Part shown: in pieces, positions 54,045 through 63,254 of the stretch
Numbering within the stretch: the stretch's first letter is position 1
How the letters are laid out: every line of letters starts with the position of its first letter
DNA from: Candidatus Cloacimonadales bacterium
GTDB taxonomy: Bacteria > Cloacimonadota > Cloacimonadia > Cloacimonadales > JAFGVF01
Direction: 5' to 3'
Assembly (NCBI GenBank): GCA_963678315.1
Contig: OY782781.1
Coordinates: 2,924,752-2,988,751 of the forward strand
DNA: 64,000 nt
Notes under the pieces: model-generated
Told to the model about the DNA's origin: nothing
Seen by the model: the letters and a program-made list of their open reading frames with translations, nothing else
The model's database searches: none
Translations under genes and position numbers: made by a program

Positions 54045-56294
54045 ATGAGTAGATTAATGAAGATATTAACTTTATTATTATCTGTAGTAAATTTATTTAG
54101 TATTGTGGATTATAGCAAAATCAACACATTTAATATTCATGATCAAACATTATTTGTAAGTACTGAGTATATTAATTCTAACAATAAAGTGATTAAGATA
54201 ACTGATACATATTTTAAAATATATCAGATAAATGATGAAGGAGCCTTGATTCATAAGTTCAATATTGAAAGTACCATGCCTGCTTACGCAAGCATCAATG
54301 GTAAATATATGATAATTAGTGAAATTAATAGTGCTTTTGATTTTGAAAATCCTTATAAACATACTTTATATGACATTTCTGATATTGATAACCCACAGGC
54401 TGTACATACTCAATATTCCACAAAGAGGGAGAGTTTAATTTGTGGTACCTTTTATATTATTGCAGGTGTAGGTTCTTTAGATGTTTTTTCATTAAATGAT
54501 TATAGTTTTATAGAGAGATATGACGATTACAAACCTTATGATAACATAGAAGAGATAGGTAAATTTAGATTATGGAAACATTCAGATGAATCTATTCATA
54601 TATGTCATTTTGATGAAAATGGGAGTATTGTTTTTGACAAAGATTTAGAACAATGCTATGGCAATATTTGCGTATCAGGAGACTCTCTTTTAAATTGTTG
54701 TAGCGATTTTATCTACATCTATAATCTTGCAGACTCCTTAAATCATGTAGAAACATTATACTTTCCTAACAGTAAATCATTAAACTTCAAACCTTATTTT
54801 AATGGACAACGACTAGGCTTGATAAAAGATAACCCCAATCCATCCTTTAATGACAAGCTAGCAATCTATGATTTAGATGATACAGGTGAATTCAATTTAG
54901 TGTCTGAATATGATTTAATTGCTGATTCTCAATATGCCTGGGGAATGAACTCTTATGACTCTATGCAACATAACCAATATTACTATTTTGGTTTTGTTAT
55001 GTATGGCTATTATAAATTCAATATGGAAGATCTTGCCAATGAACCTGAGCTCATTGAACATCAAGAATTACCACTGAGCATCTCAATAAATGATAATATA
55101 ATGAATTATAATTACTTTAGAAACTTTGGTTATAACAAACAATATGATATATCTAATATAAATGATATAACAAGAATAGCTAATGCTGATTCTCTAGGAG
55201 AACGTTTATATTTTGGAGATGATTCGGAGCGGATGATTCTTAAAGATTGGAGAGATGGGACTATAAAACTTTACAGTTTAGACAATAGTCAATACAATCT
55301 AGTAACGACTCTTACTATTGAAGACAATCCATTCTTCTTTAATTTTGTTAATGTATTAAAGTGGGATGGTGTTGATTTAATCTATAGCCAAGCAGAGAAT
55401 TTATTTTGGAAAAGATATAATAATGGATCCTTCGAAGAGATAGATAGTTACACTGAGAACACGCTTGATTATTCTTGCCACTGGTTTTTCAATGAAAATT
55501 ATCTCTATAAACTTTATGAAAATGGGATATTAGAATCTTATAGTATAGAAAACAATCAATTTGAGATGTTAAGTTCTGTGCGTTGGGCTGGGCATGATGG
55601 TTCAATTCGTAAATATGGATTAGAGTGTGGCTTATTATATGCCACTAAGTATGATGGTAGCCATAAAATATATGATTTAAATGAAGACCCAATTGATTTT
55701 TCTGTAACCTTAGATTTGAATTCTAGCCTCTTAAATGGTGGAGTTCAAAAATATGGAGATTACTACATTTATCCTGGATCAGACAATGAAAACTATGTTA
55801 ATTTTTGGGGCTTTGAAAGCCTTAAATATATTAATATTTATAAAAAGCTAGGAAGTGACTTTGTTAGAGTTGGAGATATCTATAATGAGCATCAAATAGG
55901 AATTCTTCGTATAATACCTATAGCAGAAGATGATTTTTATATATTTGCTATAGGCTGTAATGGAACTCAGATATATTCCTGTCATACCACCCCCAACGGA
56001 GACTTTGAAGTTCAACCTGTTAAGCTAGAATGTTCAAACTACCCAAATCCATTTAATCCGCAAACAACTATTTCCTATAATATAGATAAAGCCTCAGATG
56101 TAGAACTTACTATCTATAATATTAAAGGTCAGAAAGTAAGAACTTTGGTTGATGATCAACAAGAAGCAGGTAGACATGATATTGTTTGGGATGGTGCAGA
56201 TAGCAAGGGTAAGAAAGTAGCTTCAGGAACTTACCTCTATAAGGTAAAAGCTGATGACCAAGAAGTAGTAAATAAGATGTTAATGATTAAATAA
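54045..56294 (+). CDS. Large secreted CTD protein, cassette 3 (type C)
   Basis: 749 aa, unique body, constant CTD. Confidence 0.88.
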   Translation: MSRLMKILTLLLSVVNLFSIVDYSKINTFNIHDQTLFVSTEYINSNNKVIKITDTYFKIYQINDEGALIHKFNIESTMPAYASINGKYMIISEINSAFDFENPYKHTLYDISDIDNPQAVHTQYSTKRESLICGTFYIIAGVGSLDVFSLNDYSFIERYDDYKPYDNIEEIGKFRLWKHSDESIHICHFDENGSIVFDKDLEQCYGNICVSGDSLLNCCSDFIYIYNLADSLNHVETLYFPNSKSLNFKPYFNGQRLGLIKDNPNPSFNDKLAIYDLDDTGEFNLVSEYDLIADSQYAWGMNSYDSMQHNQYYYFGFVMYGYYKFNMEDLANEPELIEHQELPLSISINDNIMNYNYFRNFGYNKQYDISNINDITRIANADSLGERLYFGDDSERMILKDWRDGTIKLYSLDNSQYNLVTTLTIEDNPFFFNFVNVLKWDGVDLIYSQAENLFWKRYNNGSFEEIDSYTENTLDYSCHWFFNENYLYKLYENGILESYSIENNQFEMLSSVRWAGHDGSIRKYGLECGLLYATKYDGSHKIYDLNEDPIDFSVTLDLNSSLLNGGVQKYGDYYIYPGSDNENYVNFWGFESLKYINIYKKLGSDFVRVGDIYNEHQIGILRIIPIAEDDFYIFAIGCNGTQIYSCHTTPNGDFEVQPVKLECSNYPNPFNPQTTISYNIDKASDVELTIYNIKGQKVRTLVDDQQEAGRHDIVWDGADSKGKKVASGTYLYKVKADDQEVVNKMLMIK

Positions 56295-56698
56295 TTCTGT
56301 TAGGAGCAGGCTTTTTAGTCTGCTCTTTAATTAATTTTGTTACATTGTCATAACAAATTATTCGACTAAATCAATAAATAGTTTGACATCTAAATTAAAA
56401 AAGCTAACGTTTGCAATATGTTTTAATAGCAAGAGGTAAACATGACTAAAAATGGGGTTTATATTTTAAACAAATTTGAAGTAGGACAATTCTACGCTAA
56501 AAATCATAACCTAAACTATGGGGCGAATAACCCTCATAAGTTATATATATATATACTTTAGAAATCTAGCTTTCCCATAAAAAACGACTGAATTCAATGT
56601 CAGAGCTGAATTCAGTCCGTAATAAACACTACAAGTGTTGTGTTGAAATTAATCAACGCAACATTATTACAAAAATAAATAAAGTAAAGGAAAATATT

Positions 56699-57040
56699 AT
56701 GAAAAAGATAATAATAATGTTGTTGGCCTTGTTGGCTATTGGGATAGTTAGTGCGAAAACAATACATATACACACAGATATGATAATTGATAACATTGAT
56801 GTGTATAGATACGACCATCTTGGCACCTGTACTTTGTTTAATTCACATGGTACAAGTAAAGATATTAGTGGCTTACCTTCAGGAGTATACAAAACAGTTA
56901 TTGAAGGAAAAACTATGATTGATGGTTTCCCTGTTACATGGATTGAAGATAATATTTGGTTGATTACTGGAGATGAAGTTACTATTGAAAAATACTATGA
57001 TACGGCGTCTGGTGATCCAGGAACAGGTAATGAACAATAA
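56699..57040 (+). CDS. Small secreted protein, cassette 4 (type B')
   Basis: Close paralogue of 50590-50931. Confidence 0.85.
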   Translation: MKKIIIMLLALLAIGIVSAKTIHIHTDMIIDNIDVYRYDHLGTCTLFNSHGTSKDISGLPSGVYKTVIEGKTMIDGFPVTWIEDNIWLITGDEVTIEKYYDTASGDPGTGNEQ

Positions 57041-57097
57041 ATAAACTATTCAGGGTAGATATATCTACCCTGAATTCTACACTTTTAAGGAGGATAA

Positions 57098-59368
57098 ATG
57101 ACTTTTTTTAGAATTTCAACTATCTTAGTATTTTGTTTTTTAGCAGTTAGCTTATTTTGTAATGTAGATTTTGAGAGTTCCAATTATTTTGGAATTGCAG
57201 ATTCACCTCAAACTTTTTTTAAAAGTATACATATGATGAACGACTTACTAATCTCAGAAACTGCATTTGGGTTGAATTTCAAACAAATTCATGAAGATGG
57301 TTCTCTTGAAAACTTATGTTCAGTTAGATGTGATAGTCTTAACTACTTTGTTGCATCTAATCATTATGTAGCTACTTTTCATAATAGATATAACAACCTC
57401 GATGATCAATACCATCTTATAATATATGATATCAGCGATTTAAATAATATCCATGATTTATTCACCATTGATCTTGATACATATTATTTAGAACCAAATG
57501 CTCATATAAGTAATAATATTATGGCAGTTAAGGTAAGTGAGTACGAGACTAAAATGTATAATATTGAAACAGGTCAGATTATAAATACTTCCACAACATA
57601 TTACCCTGAAAGCTATCAGAATAATTATAATGAAAAAGGACTTTATCGAAATTGGAACACTGGCCAATCTGTAGTATGTAGATTGGAGCAAGATGGTTCA
57701 TTAACAGAATTAGGATCATTAGGAATTGGTAGTTTTAAATTTGTAATTTCTAATAATAAACTTGCTGCCTGTAATTTTGATACTTATACATTTCAGCTAT
57801 ATGATTTAGACGAAAATGATTACCTTTCTCCAATAGGAGAATTCACTTATGGTTATGAAATAAGTCAAATACCCACATTTTTCTATAAAGACGACTTGTT
57901 TGGCTACTACCTTACAGAGAATAATGAAGGTTTCTATGATAGATTGATGGTTTATGATGTTTCAGATATGTCAGATATTAACTTAACAGGTGAATATAAT
58001 ATTTTTGATTTTGATACCATTAGATATAGCTGGTTTGTTGAAATCCAGCAAACTGAAAATTTTATTTATGTTTGCAACCAACCCTATGGTTTATATAAAT
58101 TAGAGCTTACGGATAGCTCTGCTCAAATTGGTGAAAATTATTTAGATAGAGGATACTCGGTTGTAAAAAATTATATTACAGATAATACTTTATTTAATGT
58201 TGGCAAAAAAGGTAAATATCAACTTTTCACCTATGACGTAACAAATGTAAATAATATCACAGAAACAGATAATTACTTTGAAGATAATTGTTTTTACTGG
58301 TTTTTTGACAATGGAAACTTAGTAATAAGTCTTAATAATAACACTTTATTACTGACACTATATAAAAAGATTGGTGAAAATTATGATCAGATATTAAATT
58401 TTGAAATAGAGAATATAGATTTGTTTAATTTGGATATGTTATACTTTGATGAAGATGAGCTTATCTTTTGTCATGAAGAAAGTACATATTATTATAAAAT
58501 AGAGAACAATGAAATGATACTACTAGATGAAGTATTTATTCCTGCTCAGTATGGTATTAATCGTATATATAAGTACTATCAAGGATATTTGTATGCTTTA
58601 TCTAGGACTAGTAATTCTCTCAAGATTTATCATCTAGTAGACAATCAATTTGAATATGTTCATGATATTCAAGTAGAATATCAGGGCGGTTCTAGATACA
58701 TTCTTCAAAGTGGTTCGCTTATAACAGTAAATGACTGCTATATTTATGATTTGGATATTGACCCAGTAAATCTTAATCATATATGGAATATTAATACAAG
58801 TATAATTAATGGAACAGCTTCCAAAAAAGATAATACTATTATTTTTGTCGGTCATGATGAAGAAACGTATATGACAAGTCTTGAAAGGAATAAGCTTGTA
58901 CAGATTTACGATGTCAGTGATATTTCTACACCTGCAAAAGTTGGTTATATTGATGTCGGAGAATTTGTAATTAATGTAGATTTTTTACACTATGAAAGTG
59001 CCCAAGACTTTTCTATAATAGTTGAATTAGCTGGTGCAATGAAAGTATACTCCTGTCACATTACCCCCAACGGAGACTTTGAAGTTCAGCCTGTTAAGCT
59101 TGAATGTTCAAACTACCCTAATCCTTTTAATCCTGAAACGACTATTTCCTATAATATTGATAAAGCCTCAGATGTAGAGCTAACAATCTATAATATTAAA
59201 GGTCAGAAAGTAAGAACACTTGTTGATGATCAACAAGAAGCAGGTAGACATGATATTGTATGGGATGGTACAGATAGCAAGGGTAAGAAAGTAGCTTCAG
59301 GAACTTACCTTTATAAGGTAAAAGCTGATGACCAAGAAGTAGTAAATAAGATGTTAATGATTAAATAA
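57098..59368 (+). CDS. Large secreted CTD protein, cassette 4 (type B')
   Basis: Near-identical to 50988-53258, with differences concentrated in the first ~250 aa. Confidence 0.88.
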   Translation: MTFFRISTILVFCFLAVSLFCNVDFESSNYFGIADSPQTFFKSIHMMNDLLISETAFGLNFKQIHEDGSLENLCSVRCDSLNYFVASNHYVATFHNRYNNLDDQYHLIIYDISDLNNIHDLFTIDLDTYYLEPNAHISNNIMAVKVSEYETKMYNIETGQIINTSTTYYPESYQNNYNEKGLYRNWNTGQSVVCRLEQDGSLTELGSLGIGSFKFVISNNKLAACNFDTYTFQLYDLDENDYLSPIGEFTYGYEISQIPTFFYKDDLFGYYLTENNEGFYDRLMVYDVSDMSDINLTGEYNIFDFDTIRYSWFVEIQQTENFIYVCNQPYGLYKLELTDSSAQIGENYLDRGYSVVKNYITDNTLFNVGKKGKYQLFTYDVTNVNNITETDNYFEDNCFYWFFDNGNLVISLNNNTLLLTLYKKIGENYDQILNFEIENIDLFNLDMLYFDEDELIFCHEESTYYYKIENNEMILLDEVFIPAQYGINRIYKYYQGYLYALSRTSNSLKIYHLVDNQFEYVHDIQVEYQGGSRYILQSGSLITVNDCYIYDLDIDPVNLNHIWNINTSIINGTASKKDNTIIFVGHDEETYMTSLERNKLVQIYDVSDISTPAKVGYIDVGEFVINVDFLHYESAQDFSIIVELAGAMKVYSCHITPNGDFEVQPVKLECSNYPNPFNPETTISYNIDKASDVELTIYNIKGQKVRTLVDDQQEAGRHDIVWDGTDSKGKKVASGTYLYKVKADDQEVVNKMLMIK

Positions 59369-59772
59369 TTCTGAGAAGAGCAGGCTGTTTAGTCTGCTCT
59401 TTATCTAGGCTTATTTTATTAGAATAATTTTTTATTCGACCAATTCAATAAATAGTTTGACACATAATTTAAAAAAGCTTACGTTTGCAATATGTTTTAA
59501 TAGCAAGAGGTAAACATGAAAGAAAATGGGGTTAATATTTTAAACAAATTTGAAGTAGGACAATTCTACGCTAAAAATCATAAATTAAACTATGGGGCAA
59601 ACAATCCTCATAATTTATATATATATATACTTTAGAAATCTAGCTTTCCCATAAATAACGACTGAATTCAATGTGAGAGCTGAATTCAGTCCGTAATAAA
59701 CACTACAAGTGTTGTGTTGAAGTTAATCAACGCAACATTATTACAAAAATAAAAAAAGTAAAGGAAAATATT

Positions 59773-60126
59773 ATGAAAAAGATAATAATAATGTTGTTGA
59801 CCTTGTTGGCTATTGGGATAGTTAGTGCTGCTTCTATACATTTATATACTGATATGACTGTGGATAATTGTGCAGAAAGATTAGAAACTTCAGCTGGAAA
59901 TTGGACACCCTGGAGGGACTGCAATTTCCACAGAGATGGTAACCATTATGTAATTGAGGTAACTAATTGGGTTGCAGAAGTTGAAATTATTGGTCATACA
60001 TTTCTATCCGGTACACACACTATCAATGTTGATCCATATTTTTATCATGATGGTGATGTTATAGTAATTGAAAGGTATTATGATAAAATTCCTGGTGGTG
60101 GAGATGACACACCAATAACACAATAG
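59773..60126 (+). CDS. Small secreted protein, cassette 5 (type D)
   Basis: Same signal peptide (one A-to-T change); ends PGGGDDTPITQ. Confidence 0.85.
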   Translation: MKKIIIMLLTLLAIGIVSAASIHLYTDMTVDNCAERLETSAGNWTPWRDCNFHRDGNHYVIEVTNWVAEVEIIGHTFLSGTHTINVDPYFYHDGDVIVIERYYDKIPGGGDDTPITQ

Positions 60127-60177
60127 ATTAATCAGCTAGCAGTATAAATTATACTGCTAGCTTACTTTGGAGAAAAA

Positions 60178-62448
60178 ATGCAGATAAAATTCACATTTAT
60201 AGCATTGATTTTATTTATAGCTACAGTTATGTTTGGGCTATCTATTGACAATAACTTTGATTTAAACGGAATTTATAATATTAATAAATATTCCATGAAT
60301 AGTTGTAATTGGAGATCACAATTTATCAAAGATAATAAAATATTTTATAATAATCAGTACGGTATTCATTTATTTGACTTAGAAGAAGAGTCTTTTGGTA
60401 ATATTACAACTTATAGTTCAGAAAAGCATTTTTCTCCTTATGATTATTATAATGGAATTATTGCTGAGTATGATGTCAATCAAGCTACTAACTGTTTTAA
60501 GGTTGATTTTTACACTTTTGATGATGAGAACGAAATTAATTATGTATCAACCCTCGAGCTAAGTCCTTTCGTAAACTTTATGGGAGTACAACTTTATAAT
60601 GATTTTTATGTAGTTGCAGGAGAAAACAATAGTAGCTATATTCGTTCATACGAATCAAATCAGCTTTTAAAACATCAACAAGGATTAATACCTAATAATA
60701 ATCTCAGATATGATGACAACCATGGTGTGTTCTATGATTGTTTTACTGAGCATTCCTATTTTTGCCAGGTATCAAGTGATTCAATAGAGGTTATATATGA
60801 CCTAGGAGAAAGTTCACGTGATATAAAAATTTGTGGTGACAAGTTGATAAGTTATAGTAATTATGAAATTGATTTTTATGATATCTCGGATGGTTATAAT
60901 TATGTAAATACAATGCTTTTAACTCATGGAATAAACCTAGAAGGTTGTTTCTTTAATGGTGACTTGCTAGGATTTGTAAGTAGAGATTTCACTATACCAT
61001 CAAAAATAATTTTTAGACTATATGATACTAGTGATTTAAGCAATGTTTCATTAATTTCGACAAAAGTATTGAAGGAGTTTCCTTCTGAATTTTATTGTAA
61101 TCAAACTATGGTAAGTTCTGAACAAGAGCAAATATTATCTATCAATAATAATATTTATATCTTTGGAACTGGCTTTTATCAAGTACTGAATATTGAAGGA
61201 AATTCTGTTAATATAAGTGATGTTAGCTCTTATGGTCATTTATCAGATCAATGCCATAAAATATCTCCATCTATTTTGTATTGTACAAGGTTTGAAAATC
61301 AAACTTATACTCAAGTATATGATTTTACAAATGATGACAACGTAACAATAAACCAGTTATCAGACATTAGTGACCGCCTATCTTGTTTTAGTGATAATAA
61401 TGAATATATAGCTGGTAAAAACTTTAGTGATTGTTGTATAAATCTTTACCACCAATCTAACAATGATTTGGAATATCTTGATTCTTTCTCACTAGGGGAC
61501 CAATCAACAGAAATTACTAGTGTGCAAATTGTTAAGTGGGATGGCACAAGACTTATATATCGTTCTGATGAGCTATTGTATTGTTATAGTTATCAAAATC
61601 ATGAGTTTCAACAAGAATGGACCTACTCAATAAACTCATCGAATCCGTGGTGGGTTTATGGACTAACCTACTTAGATTACATATACCTATTTGATATGAC
61701 TGATAAAGATGCCACAGTTTTACAATTAGAAGAATCTTCATACAATGTATTGTATGAAGATTCCTACAACTCAGAATTAACACATGGAAGATATGGACTT
61801 AGTGATGGTATTTTAACGATAAATGATAAAGCAATAGACTTACAAAGTGACCCTGTAAATTTAACTCATGAGATAGAACTAGATATTGTTGATCTTGATA
61901 GTACTGTAAAAAAATGTGGAGATTATCTACTTTATTGTGGAAGAAATAATAATTCCTTTTCTCCAGAAGACTATGATATTGTTCATATCTATAAGTTGAT
62001 AAATGATGACTACCACGAAGTTGGCTATATTCCAATTCAATGGTATTGTAATAGTGTTGATATGTTCTTATCTGATAATGAAGACAATTTTAAAGTATTT
62101 GTTTCAACCTCTGAATGTAACTTAATCTACTCCTGCCACATTACCCCCAACGGAGACTTTGAAGTTCAACCTGTTAATCTAGAATGTTCAAACTACCCAA
62201 ATCCATTTAATCCTGAAACGACTATTTCCTATAATATAGATAAAGCCTCAGATGTAGAACTTACAATCTATAATATTAAAGGTCAGAAAGTAAGAACACT
62301 TGTTGATGATCAACAAGAAGCAGGTAGACATGATATTGTATGGGATGGTACAGATAGCAAGGGTAAGAGAGTAGCCTCAGGAACTTACCTCTATAAGGTA
62401 AAAGCTGATGACCAAGAAGTAGTAAATAAAATGCTAATGATTAAATAA
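60178..62448 (+). CDS. Large secreted CTD protein, cassette 5 (type D)
   Basis: 756 aa, unique body, constant CTD. Confidence 0.88.
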   Translation: MQIKFTFIALILFIATVMFGLSIDNNFDLNGIYNINKYSMNSCNWRSQFIKDNKIFYNNQYGIHLFDLEEESFGNITTYSSEKHFSPYDYYNGIIAEYDVNQATNCFKVDFYTFDDENEINYVSTLELSPFVNFMGVQLYNDFYVVAGENNSSYIRSYESNQLLKHQQGLIPNNNLRYDDNHGVFYDCFTEHSYFCQVSSDSIEVIYDLGESSRDIKICGDKLISYSNYEIDFYDISDGYNYVNTMLLTHGINLEGCFFNGDLLGFVSRDFTIPSKIIFRLYDTSDLSNVSLISTKVLKEFPSEFYCNQTMVSSEQEQILSINNNIYIFGTGFYQVLNIEGNSVNISDVSSYGHLSDQCHKISPSILYCTRFENQTYTQVYDFTNDDNVTINQLSDISDRLSCFSDNNEYIAGKNFSDCCINLYHQSNNDLEYLDSFSLGDQSTEITSVQIVKWDGTRLIYRSDELLYCYSYQNHEFQQEWTYSINSSNPWWVYGLTYLDYIYLFDMTDKDATVLQLEESSYNVLYEDSYNSELTHGRYGLSDGILTINDKAIDLQSDPVNLTHEIELDIVDLDSTVKKCGDYLLYCGRNNNSFSPEDYDIVHIYKLINDDYHEVGYIPIQWYCNSVDMFLSDNEDNFKVFVSTSECNLIYSCHITPNGDFEVQPVNLECSNYPNPFNPETTISYNIDKASDVELTIYNIKGQKVRTLVDDQQEAGRHDIVWDGTDSKGKRVASGTYLYKVKADDQEVVNKMLMIK

Positions 62449-62852
62449 ATATGTGAAGAGCAGGCTGTTTAGTCTGCTCTTTAATTAATTTTGTTACATT
62501 GTCAAAATAAATTAACCGACTAATTCAATAAATAGTTTGACATCTAAATTAAAAAAGCTAACGTTTGCAATATGTTTTAATAGCAAGAGGTAAACATGAC
62601 TAAAAATGGGGTTTATATTTTAAACAAATTTGAAGTAGGACAATTATACGCTAAAAATCATAACTTAAACTATGGGGCAAACAATCCTCATAAGTTATAT
62701 ATATATATACTTTAGAAATCTAGCTTTCCCATAAAAAAAGACTGAATTCAATGTGAGACCTGAATTCAGTCCGTAATAAACACTACAAGTGTTGTGTTGA
62801 AATTAATCAACGCAACATTATTACAAAAATAAAAAAAGTAAAGGAAAATATT

Positions 62853-63197
62853 ATGAAAAAGATAATAATAATGTTGTTGGCCTTGTTGGCTATTGGGATA
62901 GTTAGTGCGAAAACAATACATATACACACAGATATGATAATTGATAATGCAGTATTATATAGATATGAAAATTACAATATTCTTCATTATGTCAGAACTT
63001 ACACAGGTAATCTCCACGAGATAACTGTTGATCAAGCTGCTGTATATAAACTTGAGATTAATGGAAAAACTTTAATTGATGGTTTCCCTGTTAAATGGGT
63101 TGAAGATGATATTTGGTTAATAACTGGCGATGAAGTTACTATTGAAAAATACTATGATACGACGTCTGGTGATCCAGGAACAGGTAATGAACAATAA
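62853..63197 (+). CDS. Small secreted protein, cassette 6 (type B'')
   Basis: B-type N- and C-terminal segments with a replaced central segment. Confidence 0.85.
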   Translation: MKKIIIMLLALLAIGIVSAKTIHIHTDMIIDNAVLYRYENYNILHYVRTYTGNLHEITVDQAAVYKLEINGKTLIDGFPVKWVEDDIWLITGDEVTIEKYYDTTSGDPGTGNEQ

Positions 63198-63254
63198 ATA
63201 AACTATTCAGGGTAGATATATCTACCCTGAATTCTACACTTTTAAGGAGGATAA

